Shown: piece after piece, positions 19,476-28,119 of the stretch
Position numbering within the stretch: position 1 is the first letter of the stretch
How the letters are laid out: each line of letters starts with the position of its first letter
IMG/VR virus record: IMGVR_UViG_3300014204_000125
Location: 32,001-96,000 of that record
Source of the DNA: a virus
Lineage: Duplodnaviria > Caudoviricetes
Strand: one strand, 5' to 3'
Length of the DNA stretch: 64,000 nt
Notes under the pieces: generated by a model
Seen by the model: the letters and a program-made list of their open reading frames with translations, nothing else
Told to the model about the DNA's origin: nothing
Database searches by the model: none
Program-made: the position numbers and the translations under genes

Positions 19476-20416
19476 AACTCACACTCCCTCGCTATTGTAT
19501 TCACCCAATTCTCCGCCGAGAATATTTTACCCCGCCCCGCGACCCATTCGAATATCGCATCTATTTTCCTGTTGTATTCGTCATTACTCATAAACGCTAA
19601 ATCGGAAACCACATCGTCTACACTGAATTTATTTAAGTCGATAAAACATTCTTTCGGAATATAATCTAACACATCCGGGGCGCCTTTGTAAAGCGGAATT
19701 GTAAGGGACAAAAGACAGTCGATTATCTTCTCGGAAATATAGCCGGGACAAATGCAATTTTCATAAGCGAGCGCAAATCTGTATTTTGAAAGGACATCAA
19801 TTTTTCTTTCCACGGGGCCTTGGTAAAAAGGAAAGTTTTCCTTTTCCCATCCCTGTCCGTATAAATGAAATTTATTGTAATTATTGCCAAGCCAAAATAT
19901 ATCCTGCATCCTCTTGGTGTAAAGAGTTGGGAATAAAGACGAATCGTTTTGTTTATTCCCGAAAATAGCGCACATAAAACGAGTCTTACGGATCGCGTTA
20001 AATTTCTCCGTTATTCTCCATTTATTAGGCAAAAAGACTTGAACCCCATTGGGAATTTTCTTTAAAATATCAGTGCGATATGTAAATACTTTTTCGAACC
20101 ACTCGTGATGAAGTTCTCCAATATTATGCGTATAACCATTCCATATCGGGGATTCAAATGTAAGAAGAAACTTGCGAGCCCTCATAGGATATCTGATTGC
20201 GCTATCCCCGGACCTGGCATCACTTAAAAATAAAACGTCAACTTCGTCGGGATGTGAATAGCGATCTAAAGTGTCGCATCTATGACCCATTGAATTTGCC
20301 ATTTCTTTAAATAATATTAGAGGATATAAAAGAGAATCTCCTATGGAAACATTTTCGTTTTCAAACATTCTATTGTTGTTGAAATAAGCATCCGCACAGT
20401 GAAATGCAATATTCAT
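19460..20416 (-). CDS. Glycosyltransferase family 10 (fucosyltransferase-like)
   Basis: LYGQGW...K.DVLSKYRFALAYEN...GYISEKIIDC...IPLYKGA. Confidence 0.88.
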   Translation of the reverse strand: MNIAFHCADAYFNNNRMFENENVSIGDSLLYPLILFKEMANSMGHRCDTLDRYSHPDEVDVLFLSDARSGDSAIRYPMRARKFLLTFESPIWNGYTHNIGELHHEWFEKVFTYRTDILKKIPNGVQVFLPNKWRITEKFNAIRKTRFMCAIFGNKQNDSSLFPTLYTKRMQDIFWLGNNYNKFHLYGQGWEKENFPFYQGPVERKIDVLSKYRFALAYENCICPGYISEKIIDCLLSLTIPLYKGAPDVLDYIPKECFIDLNKFSVDDVVSDLAFMSNDEYNRKIDAIFEWVAGRGKIFSAENWVNTIARECELWGGN

Positions 20417-21208
20417 TTATATATCCCCCGAATAGCCAGTGCGCCATTTATCCGCGTACGCATCGAGTCCAGGGCATAGCGTGATCCCGGCGATAAAAGT
20501 TAATAAGTCGGCTTGAATATTCAAAAGTTCTGGCATTGTAATCGGAACTGCAAAGGTAGGACGATTCGGCTGACAGTCAACTAATCGGATCTGTCCGTTT
20601 GTCCATACTTGTTCGTATTCAGAAGCCGAAGCGAGCCCAACCGCAAGCGTGTAGCCTATCATATATCTTAAATGCGACTGGCTCTCTGCAAAGCCGATAT
20701 TAAAAAGAGATCTTTTAAATATTAATCCAGAAATCCAAGTGCAATGCGTGACAAGGTATTTAGGGCAACTCAAAGATTTTAGTTTAATAAACTCCTGATA
20801 ATTCGCGTATCTTTTTTCTTCCATATCGTGATGAGGCAGAATCATCAGCCCATAAACCCCATCCCTTAAATGTTGATATAAGTTTTGAATTAAACTTCCA
20901 ACAATGATATCGTCATCGCCGAGAAGCCAAACATAATCTCCCTTGGCCCATTTGACGCACTCGATATAGTTCTTTTCCGCACCAATGTTTTCCCCGTTAT
21001 ATTTATAGACAATCCCATACTGGAGTGCCGTTTTTATATTGGCCTCCCGAACTTCAAGTTTATCCGAATTATCCGAAATTAATATTTCGTTACCCTCGAG
21101 TTGCCAGCCCGGGAGCGCGCGCATGAGAGATTCCACGCACACCCTTAAATTAGCCGGCCGGTTATATGTCGGAATACAAATACTTAAAAGCATCCCAGCT
21201 CCCTCCAT
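20417..21208 (-). CDS. Glycosyltransferase family 2 (RfbV-like)
   Basis: LLSICIPTYNR, ISDNS, NIGAEKN, AKGDYVWLLGDDD. Confidence 0.88.
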   Translation of the reverse strand: MEGAGMLLSICIPTYNRPANLRVCVESLMRALPGWQLEGNEILISDNSDKLEVREANIKTALQYGIVYKYNGENIGAEKNYIECVKWAKGDYVWLLGDDDIIVGSLIQNLYQHLRDGVYGLMILPHHDMEEKRYANYQEFIKLKSLSCPKYLVTHCTWISGLIFKRSLFNIGFAESQSHLRYMIGYTLAVGLASASEYEQVWTNGQIRLVDCQPNRPTFAVPITMPELLNIQADLLTFIAGITLCPGLDAYADKWRTGYSGDI

Positions 21209-21924
21209 TCAGCAATGTTTATCTGGAGTTTTTGAAGAAGCGGATTCAGCCGCGGGAGTTCGGAACCGTAGAGGTGGGCTTCTTTTCTATGCGACTGTTT
21301 GGGGTGGTATCGGTACTGGACAAGGCATTCCGGGACATTTGACATTACTACATCTTTCTCGATGGCGAGCCGCAGCCAGAGTTCGAGATCAAGCGCGACC
21401 CGATAGGATCCATTAAAAATGAAACCACGATCCACGAGCCGTTTGTTTAACATCATGGAGGGACACCCAAACGGGCACTGGCCCTGGGATAATAAGGTTT
21501 TTATCATTGAGTTTTCTTGTGGGTATTTCCATTCACCCTCAAGCCCCTGGAACAATTTCAAGAATGTACCGCAAACATCGATCTTCATTTCTTCCATGTA
21601 AAAATATTGCTTCGAAAGTCTATCCGGTGCCGAGATATCGTCCCCGTGCGCCATCGCGATATACTTCCCCTGCGCGTCGTGCATCATGATATTCGTGCGA
21701 TCCGCGACATTAATGGAATCCTCGGGGGTGTCCATTGGTATCACGCGGTTATCCCGCATCGCCCACTCAAGAATCGTCTTCTGCGAACCATCCTCGGATC
21801 CTCCGTCAAAGATCAATAATTCGATATTATTAAGAGACTGGTTCAGAATCGATTCGATCGCAGGACTCAGGTATTCCCCTGAATTCAATACGGGCATAAC
21901 GACGGATACCAATGGATTATTCAT
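21184..21924 (-). CDS. Glycosyltransferase family 2
   Basis: PLVSVVMPV.N, DGGSEDGS, GKYIA..HGDD, DLELWLR, YRYH. Confidence 0.9.
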   Translation of the reverse strand: MNNPLVSVVMPVLNSGEYLSPAIESILNQSLNNIELLIFDGGSEDGSQKTILEWAMRDNRVIPMDTPEDSINVADRTNIMMHDAQGKYIAMAHGDDISAPDRLSKQYFYMEEMKIDVCGTFLKLFQGLEGEWKYPQENSMIKTLLSQGQCPFGCPSMMLNKRLVDRGFIFNGSYRVALDLELWLRLAIEKDVVMSNVPECLVQYRYHPKQSHRKEAHLYGSELPRLNPLLQKLQINIAEWRELGCF

Positions 21925-22232
21925 TATTTTACCTCTTCATCTTTTCTTGCTTTTTCTTCGAGATCTCGAATTTCCTCTTCCATGAATTTCCGGAAGTATT
22001 TCCCGACATTGCTTTTCTGCAAGAACTGATCTTCGAAGCCGGCCTTAACGAGCATTACAGTCTGATATCCCGTCTGGCGCTCGTAAAGGAATTTAAGAAA
22101 GTCTTTAACCGCTTCGATCGAATCTACCCGATCCCACTCCAATTTGAGAGGGAACGCGGCCTGGGGCTGAGGTTTGGAAAGGTCTATCGCTTTACTTGTA
22201 TCGATCCCGGGAAGACTTGGTGTTTTATTCAT
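21924..22232 (-). CDS. Hypothetical phage protein
   Basis: 102 aa, coupled to both neighbours, GGAG RBS. Confidence 0.6.
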   Translation of the reverse strand: MNKTPSLPGIDTSKAIDLSKPQPQAAFPLKLEWDRVDSIEAVKDFLKFLYERQTGYQTVMLVKAGFEDQFLQKSNVGKYFRKFMEEEIRDLEEKARKDEEVK

Positions 22233-22761
22233 TCGCTTCTCCTATAATATTTTTTACGCCCTTTAAGTTATAGTATATTCGAATAAATGTTTTGGCCGGC
22301 TCGTTCGGCCGGAGCAATCGGATCGGGGGAAGATATGACACTATATTCTTATCGTCCTCTATAATCCCAACGCATTGGGTGCGCTTCCCTTTTGGCTCCT
22401 GAAGGAAATCATTTGGCGCCTCTACGAGATTACTCAAATCGCCCAGACTTTTCATATTCGGGACTTGGAATATATAAGCCAGAATAATTGGGCCGCGGAT
22501 AGGGAAGATATTCCCGAGTTTCGCCTTGAGCCCGTATTTCTGGATCATTAGAGAGTCCATATAATACTTCTTGAACTCTTCGTACTGTGCATTCTTGCCA
22601 ACGAACACCCCGCCAGTTTTACGATTAATTCCGATATTGGCCCTGTTCTTTTTTACGATCGCCGGGGCTTCGAGGCAGAGGTCAATGTAAGGGATGTCTT
22701 GATTAAAATCAACCCCCAACATTTTGAGCCGGGTATAACAATCATCAAGGATTTGACTCAT
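22225..22761 (-). CDS. RusA-like Holliday junction resolvase
   Basis: VKKN, DLSNLVEAPNDFL and IIEDD acidic catalytic pattern. Confidence 0.7.
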   Translation of the reverse strand: MSQILDDCYTRLKMLGVDFNQDIPYIDLCLEAPAIVKKNRANIGINRKTGGVFVGKNAQYEEFKKYYMDSLMIQKYGLKAKLGNIFPIRGPIILAYIFQVPNMKSLGDLSNLVEAPNDFLQEPKGKRTQCVGIIEDDKNIVSYLPPIRLLRPNEPAKTFIRIYYNLKGVKNIIGEANE

Positions 22762-22952
22762 CCGCGAATCACATCTTTGGGATAATCGTTTTTATGAAAT
22801 CCCGGGCCTTTCAGGATCGACGCATTCGAATAGGCTTCGACCCGCTGCATTAATACAGAGCACTCGGAGCACACGACTTTAATGTTTTTGTTCTTGACAA
22901 GAAACTCTTTTGATTTCTCACACTTAGGGCAATTATATTCAAACAGTGGCAT
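22758..22952 (-). CDS. FmdB-family zinc ribbon protein
   Basis: MPLFEYNCPKC...CSEC...KGPGFHKNDY. Confidence 0.85.
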   Translation of the reverse strand: MPLFEYNCPKCEKSKEFLVKNKNIKVVCSECSVLMQRVEAYSNASILKGPGFHKNDYPKDVIRG

Positions 22953-23373
22953 CTTTGTCTTCCTTTCGGAGTATAGCGGAAATTATTTTTGCATTTTGCC
23001 TTAGCAGTTGCTCTGGGTTGGGAATAGAAGTTTCGACGCCTTCGAAGACGTAGTCCACAAAATCAAATCTATCTAAATTAACTCTTTCTGGGTCAACTAA
23101 AATAGATACAGGAATATGGAACCAATAAAACTTTTCTTTGTCAAAATAATCTTTGAATAAAACGCACAACGACTCGCCCCAACTCTCAGCCGACCTATTG
23201 GCTCTGAGAGAAGGTTCAAGATCATCGGCCCTACAATATCCTATTGCAGAATCGAGTGCGCCTTCAATGGCCTTCGCGCACCCGAGTCCTTCGACCAAAA
23301 AAGAATAAGAGTCATCATATCTTTCTAAGGAAAACTCTCCTATATCCATTCTCGGAATTGTTTTTTTATCCAT
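22939..23373 (-). CDS. Hypothetical protein
   Basis: 144 aa in a tightly overlapping operon, GAGG RBS. Confidence 0.6.
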   Translation of the reverse strand: MDKKTIPRMDIGEFSLERYDDSYSFLVEGLGCAKAIEGALDSAIGYCRADDLEPSLRANRSAESWGESLCVLFKDYFDKEKFYWFHIPVSILVDPERVNLDRFDFVDYVFEGVETSIPNPEQLLRQNAKIISAILRKEDKDATV

Positions 23374-24010
23374 AAGTTTTAACCTCTTTCAGATAGAGCC
23401 CGCCGGCCTTTATCTCTATTGTCTTGATTACCCCGCGATTCAGTATGTCTTGGAGATTTCCGCGCGCGCTTGAGTGGTTCGCATAGTGATGCGGGATATG
23501 TCTTAACGCCTCACTCAAAGTGACTCCAGGGTTATTGCCGACATACGTCTCGAGGAGTTGGCAGGTTTCCCGGAACGGGGACCAGTATTGCCGATTCGCG
23601 CTGCCGGAGGGGCTAAATGTTTTCTGTTTCTCGTATAGGGTAAGTTTCAAAACTTTGCGGGTAAATACGGGTTCCACGGCTTTTCGGATCTCCTGGGTTG
23701 AGATACAGAAATAAAAGACTCCGATCCCAAGTTTCCGCGCTATGTGTTCGACCGTGTGCCTGATACTATAAGAAGCGGGGTACGGGACACATATAGAGAC
23801 CTTATGGCAATACTGTTGCGCCGTAATAGCCTGATCCAGAACACTCAGGCAAGCCGTAACCTTAACCTCAATCCCCCAACGCATGACCCCACACACCGAC
23901 ACGACATCGATTACATTCCCTTGCCGGCCCGTTGTGACTTCCATGTAATTCGTGAAGCCGTGGGTCTCCATGTATTTAAGCATGTGTTGGGCTAATTCGG
24001 TTTCCTTCAA
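23366..24010 (-). CDS. PD-(D/E)XK nuclease-fold protein (MmcB-like)
   Basis: MKETEL..EV..IDVV..GIEVK..LDQA pattern. Confidence 0.6.
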   Translation of the reverse strand: MKETELAQHMLKYMETHGFTNYMEVTTGRQGNVIDVVSVCGVMRWGIEVKVTACLSVLDQAITAQQYCHKVSICVPYPASYSIRHTVEHIARKLGIGVFYFCISTQEIRKAVEPVFTRKVLKLTLYEKQKTFSPSGSANRQYWSPFRETCQLLETYVGNNPGVTLSEALRHIPHHYANHSSARGNLQDILNRGVIKTIEIKAGGLYLKEVKTYG

Positions 24011-24246
24011 ACTTCGGCTTCCTTTTCTTTCTTAAAAGTATCTTCCGCCATATCATTAGCGATCTGGGACATTGCCTTATCTTCCTTGGAGATCTTGGGG
24101 CCTTCCCGAGCAATCACAGACGCGCGATACCGGGTGAGCATTGTGTCCACGATTTGAGACATGATGACCCTGCGCTCCCGGCAGAACTCAATGTTGTCCT
24201 TGGACAGATAAACCGATATACTTAACATGTTTTTACGCTTTGCCAT
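24007..24246 (-). CDS. Small ribbon-helix-helix-like DNA-binding protein
   Basis: Alternating strand SISVYL followed by two helices (KDNIEFCRE, MSQIVDTML); first gene after a promoter. Confidence 0.5.
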   Translation of the reverse strand: MAKRKNMLSISVYLSKDNIEFCRERRVIMSQIVDTMLTRYRASVIAREGPKISKEDKAMSQIANDMAEDTFKKEKEAEV

Positions 24247-24269
24247 AAATCTTCCTTTCTAACAGTTCT

Positions 24270-24298
24270 ATCATAACACAGATATGGACTTGGGTCAA
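24270..24298 (-). promoter_or_regulatory. Sigma70-type promoter (leftward)
   Basis: TTGACC, 17 bp, TATGAT with extended TG. It could drive the operon containing the sugar cluster. Confidence 0.7.
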
Positions 24299-24311
24299 TA
24301 TATTTCTGGGC

Positions 24312-24340
24312 TTGACACTGTTTTATTTTTGTGTTAATAT
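24312..24340 (+). promoter_or_regulatory. Sigma70-type promoter (rightward, against the local gene direction)
   Basis: TTGACA, 17 bp, TAATAT with extended TG. Confidence 0.6.
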
Positions 24341-24346
24341 GAGAGC

Positions 24347-24438
24347 ATTGATTCGACACATTCCTCGCCTATCCCGTTACGTCGGTAGTAACGCATATCC
24401 TCACCCAACAGCCGCCTCCCCGGGCGGTTGTTCTATTT
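24347..24438 (+). ncRNA. Candidate ~90-nt small RNA
   Basis: Has its own promoter and no ORF. Internal hairpin CGTTAC/GTAACG; ends in AACAGCCGCC/GGCGGTTGTT hairpin plus a T-rich tail. Confidence 0.5.
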
Positions 24439-24528
24439 ATGGTGCTTAAATTTTCCGATGATCCCGGCGCCGGCGAAAGTGATAATCAAAGTAATCACCC
24501 AACCCCAAAAATCCTGCACAGCGATCAT
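24433..24528 (-). CDS. 31-aa hydrophobic membrane peptide
   Basis: ATGA-coupled to the upstream gene; MIAVQDFWGWVITLIITFAGAGIIGKFKHHK*. Confidence 0.55.
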   Translation of the reverse strand: MIAVQDFWGWVITLIITFAGAGIIGKFKHHK

Positions 24529-24929
24529 CCAAGTTCCTTTATATCAAACACGAGTCCGCGGCAGAATTTCTCTCCGTCTTCCATGATCACGAACGGGCTC
24601 GCTGGGAAGTCGCAGGACATCAGCCAGGAGAATCCGCCCGGATTATTCCAGAATTTGGCTTTGATTTTCTTCATGCCAGCCTCGTGTGCCTTATTCAACT
24701 TGCAATCATCGCAGTCCTCGCAGATCCTCTGGTATATCCCGTCCTTGGAAACAAGAATGGAGTCCCCATAGGCTTCATCTTCTATGGCGCCACGGAACTC
24801 CACGCAATCGTCGCTGTGTCCAAAGACTACAACGAGCCCGTCTTTCTTCGCCAGTTTCGCTTCGATCTCCGTGATCTCGGCGCCGTATTCCCGATCATTA
24901 AGGATTGCTGCCAATTCCTCTTTAGTCAT
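24525..24929 (-). CDS. Conserved phage hypothetical protein
   Basis: VVVFGHSDDCVEFRGAIEDE...FVIMEDGEKFCRGLVF pattern; GGAGG RBS. Confidence 0.7.
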   Translation of the reverse strand: MTKEELAAILNDREYGAEITEIEAKLAKKDGLVVVFGHSDDCVEFRGAIEDEAYGDSILVSKDGIYQRICEDCDDCKLNKAHEAGMKKIKAKFWNNPGGFSWLMSCDFPASPFVIMEDGEKFCRGLVFDIKELG

Positions 24930-25257
24930 TATCTTCCTCCCGTTTTATTTTCTTTGAGGTCTGTTTGATTATCTTTTTAAGCCAAGCGATTTCCTTGAGT
25001 TTCGTTTCCTCGTTCTTCCCGTAGCGCTCTATCAACCCCATCTTCGCCAGTTTCTCTGCGACATAGACCTCGAGTATGCCAGCGCATCGTTTACAAATAC
25101 AGCACGAGGGCCAATATTCGAAAGAAGTCTCTTGATTTAAACCCGAGGTTAAAGAGAATCGGCCGTCATCCTTTTCCTTTTCGCAGACATCGCAGATATC
25201 GATTTCTTTATCCACACGTTTATAAACTTTGACGGAGGTTTTGACTATTTTCTTCAT
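24922..25257 (-). CDS. Hypothetical protein with two CxxC pairs
   Basis: CDVC and CKRC; ATGA coupling. Confidence 0.6.
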   Translation of the reverse strand: MKKIVKTSVKVYKRVDKEIDICDVCEKEKDDGRFSLTSGLNQETSFEYWPSCCICKRCAGILEVYVAEKLAKMGLIERYGKNEETKLKEIAWLKKIIKQTSKKIKREEDND

Positions 25258-25748
25258 TCGTAAACCTCCACGTAATATTTATATTTACTCGCGAAATCGA
25301 GGAGTAAAGGTTTGACTTCATTTTCCCAATTAAGCCCGCCTAATCCGCACCCAATTTTTGGGAAAGCAATCGATGTTACTCCAGTGCAACCCAATTTCTT
25401 ACCTTCAGGACTTACGTGGTGCAGTATTTTTGCAAGCCCTCTTTTTATAAGTTCAATATCGGATTTCTCACGCCAATCCCATTTTGTAGGGAACAAACAA
25501 ACCGAATAATCCTTGTCTTGTTTATAAATATTATAATGGACCTTGGTGTAATCTTTTACCCCCTTTTCCAACTTCATAGTCACCAAACAAGACTTATAAA
25601 AATCGTTCAATCTTTTACCGAAAAGATCTTTGAAAGTTTTAGCCAATCCCGCACCCATAACCCCGACAAGATTCGTGGGGCATACCAACATATCGCATTT
25701 CGATTTAAAAATATCCCCGCCCTTTATTATTTCAAGATTATCCATCAT
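25254..25748 (-). CDS. Macrodomain ADP-ribosylhydrolase (DarG/TARG1-like)
   Basis: GDIF, N.VGVMGAGLA..FK, FPTKWDWR, SIAFPKIGCGLGGLNW. Confidence 0.88.
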   Translation of the reverse strand: MMDNLEIIKGGDIFKSKCDMLVCPTNLVGVMGAGLAKTFKDLFGKRLNDFYKSCLVTMKLEKGVKDYTKVHYNIYKQDKDYSVCLFPTKWDWREKSDIELIKRGLAKILHHVSPEGKKLGCTGVTSIAFPKIGCGLGGLNWENEVKPLLLDFASKYKYYVEVYE

Positions 25749-25999
25749 TTTCCTCCCAATATTGCATCAGATTCTTCCCCGTACCTCCGGACCACGCACT
25801 CCCGATTCAGTTTGCCTTCCTTGCCGATTATCTTGAGTTTGGCAATCGGAAGCGCTTCTAAAACGCCTTTGCAAAACCCTTCGCAATATATGGCAAGTCT
25901 ATTCTCACAGGACTCAACCCGGCGCCATTCCGAATCAAATTCGTTATAAACTTCCACCCGATATGACCGGCTATTTTTTGTCATTAAACCTTTCCTCAA
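25745..25999 (-). CDS. Hypothetical protein
   Basis: In the operon; probable start at MTKNS. Confidence 0.5.
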   Translation of the reverse strand: MRKGLMTKNSRSYRVEVYNEFDSEWRRVESCENRLAIYCEGFCKGVLEALPIAKLKIIGKEGKLNRECVVRRYGEESDAILGGK

Positions 26000-26240
26000 G
26001 AAGTGAAATTAAAACGTCCCCATGACACGAAAAGGGTCTACAAAAACAACCCAATACTTTATCCTTTAACTCGGTCAAATCCTTTAACAAACCAGGACTT
26101 CTTAAAAGATAAAGCCGATATTTTTCAAGAACCGTTTTCCGATTTCCATCCCTGCCGAGTTCGTATGGGTTTCCCCATTTACTCGGCCGGCCGATGTAGA
26201 TGTCATATTTTTCTTTTTTCAGATTAACTACTCGGGTCAT
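25971..26240 (-). CDS. DUF4326-family protein
   Basis: YIGRPSKWGNPY...ELKDKVLGCFCRP..CHGDVL. Confidence 0.85.
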   Translation of the reverse strand: MTRVVNLKKEKYDIYIGRPSKWGNPYELGRDGNRKTVLEKYRLYLLRSPGLLKDLTELKDKVLGCFCRPFSCHGDVLISLLEERFNDKK

Positions 26241-26412
26241 TTTTTCTCCTGAACACTTTCTTGCAGTCGGGACAGAATGCGTGGAACACCTGATTCCCGA
26301 AGTCTTTAATGTACTCTTTGGTACGGCGCTGTTTCCTGTTGATTAGGGTCATTTTGGGATGTTGGCACTCTGTCGGGATATGGGTCATTTCTTTTAAATC
26401 TTTCGGATCCAT
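26224..26412 (-). CDS. Small zinc-finger protein
   Basis: CQH...CPDC; AGGAG RBS. Confidence 0.55.
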   Translation of the reverse strand: MDPKDLKEMTHIPTECQHPKMTLINRKQRRTKEYIKDFGNQVFHAFCPDCKKVFRRKNDPSS

Positions 26413-26611
26413 TTTAACTCCTTTATATTTCCAATTTTGCTTTGCAGTTCACGCACTCGATTTGGTTTGTGACTCCGTTGGGGTTCTCGTGTTGCAGAAT
26501 AAAGATATGGAAATCCCGGCACCCGCATACGCATACGAACTCGGCGTAACGGTACGGGGATTCCCCGGAATGGGGTAGATTTGTTAATTTAATTCTCTTC
26601 ATTTTATCCCC

Positions 26612-27238
26612 TTATACAACAGTCTTCCAATCCGCGGCGATGGCGCCCGTGGATCTATAACTCGACACGGCACAGCAATACCCGGAGAAAGCATCGCCCA
26701 TTCCTTTGGAATCCCCGGAAAACGACATGCAAGCCGACTTAGATATCCCGATCGATGAACCCGCAATCATCGCGTCCTGATTCGCAGCGAGAAAAACGAA
26801 CTGCCATTTGTAAACATCCGTCTGGTGAGATATCATTTCGAAGACCTGTTCGCGTGTGAATTTTCTGGAAGCGTTTTCTTCCCCGTCGGTGAGGATTGTC
26901 ACGATGACTTTCTCGGGGCGCTCGTCTTCCTTCATAGCCGCAATCCTGGCCCCGATTCGGGTTACGGTTTCCCCGATCGCATCGTAAAGCGCGGTGCCGC
27001 CGTTGGGGACATAGGTTTCGGTGTCAAGCCTCTTGACTTCACCTACGAGAGCGTTCTCGCATACAATTTTGAGATCCCCATCAAAGGAAAAAAGAACGAG
27101 GTCCATCCTGGCTTCCCCGGGTTCTTTCTGCTGGGCTTCGAGAAAAGTATTGAATCCGCCGATCGCGTCGTTGCGGATGGATTCCATTGATCCTGATTTG
27201 TCGATGATAGAAACAATTAAGGTGAGATCTTTTTTCAT
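26612..27238 (-). CDS. von Willebrand factor A domain protein
   Basis: MIDAS motif IIDKSGSM, GGTALYDAIG, ILTDGEENAS, FLAAN. Confidence 0.9.
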   Translation of the reverse strand: MKKDLTLIVSIIDKSGSMESIRNDAIGGFNTFLEAQQKEPGEARMDLVLFSFDGDLKIVCENALVGEVKRLDTETYVPNGGTALYDAIGETVTRIGARIAAMKEDERPEKVIVTILTDGEENASRKFTREQVFEMISHQTDVYKWQFVFLAANQDAMIAGSSIGISKSACMSFSGDSKGMGDAFSGYCCAVSSYRSTGAIAADWKTVV

Positions 27239-27255
27239 AGCGACTCCTTTTAAAT

Positions 27256-27537
27256 TTAAAACGGCATTACGGGTACATCGGGTTCCTGATTGAATTTGAA
27301 TATCTTCTGTATCCCGGCTTCAGCATCACTCCCGGCCCGCATAAGGCTTTCTTGGACCATCATTGCATTGGCGAGGCTGACATAGGCACCCAGGGCAAGT
27401 ATTGAGTTATCCAAAAGACATTTCACTTCGATATAGAAGTATTGTTTAATTCGGATAATTTCGTAGGAAAAGAATTTGTTTTGTTTTTTCATACCTATAC
27501 TTTCTTGTTTGTTTTTATTTCCATTTCGTCTACCCAA
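27256..27537 (-). CDS. Hypothetical protein
   Basis: ORF in the operon; probable start at MKKQN. Confidence 0.5.
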   Translation of the reverse strand: MGRRNGNKNKQESIGMKKQNKFFSYEIIRIKQYFYIEVKCLLDNSILALGAYVSLANAMMVQESLMRAGSDAEAGIQKIFKFNQEPDVPVMPF

Positions 27538-27812
27538 GAAAAAACGATTTCGTGCATCCCTAGCTTTGAATCTTTGAAGACAACGACATGAAAACCTTGT
27601 TCTACAAAATCCGATAGAAAAGACTGGAATATTTCGGATTCGTAACTCTTAATTTTGATACAGCAACAATGTGTCTTTTTGTTTTCTTTTGCCGTATCCA
27701 GCATAGCCTTGCGAACCTCTTCAATAAACTCAGAAGTTCTCCCGTTGGATTGGCGATCCGTCTCGTTAATAAGTGTTTGTTTAAAAAGCCCTTTATTCAT
27801 TTTGCACCCCAC
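27495..27812 (-). CDS. Hypothetical protein of a four-member paralog family (G[FY]...SW)
   Basis: First gene after a promoter; shares a motif with three genes at 30860-31968. Confidence 0.6.
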   Translation of the reverse strand: MGCKMNKGLFKQTLINETDRQSNGRTSEFIEEVRKAMLDTAKENKKTHCCCIKIKSYESEIFQSFLSDFVEQGFHVVVFKDSKLGMHEIVFSWVDEMEIKTNKKV

Positions 27813-27828
27813 ATTTATTTAATACCTA

Positions 27829-27857
27829 ACTCTAACACAAAAAATATAAAATGTCAA
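27829..27857 (-). promoter_or_regulatory. Sigma70-type promoter
   Basis: TTGACA, 17 bp, TAGAGT with extended TG. Confidence 0.65.
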
Positions 27858-28082
27858 TCCAATATAAACAAAAATCACCTTCTCCTATCTCGCGGCGTAT
27901 CCTCGGGCAACACACCCAAAACAATGCGATAAAGAGAAAGCGATCCCAAAGTTCCATCGGGTCCGAAGGAAACCAACACCGGGTTGATATCCGGCATAAC
28001 CCTTCGCCTCTTGCAAAACCCCGGGCGAATTTCTTTCATAGCTTACGAATAAAGTGTACCAGAAATCAATCCAGAAGTAAAC

Positions 28083-28111
28083 AAAAAAAAGTCCTGAATT
28101 TCTTCAAGACT
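28083..28111 (-). terminator. Rho-independent terminator ending the RNA cluster
   Basis: AGTCTTGAA-GAAA-TTCAGGACT followed by a T run. Confidence 0.8.
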
Positions 28112-28119
28112 TCTTTTGC

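Noticed and set aside
7822-21924. Host chromosomal O-antigen locus or prophage boundary
   Set aside because: The genes overlap continuously with phage genes on the upstream side and abut the packaging operon downstream. A phage-type small ORF is interspersed, and no wzx/wzy, integrase or att site is seen.
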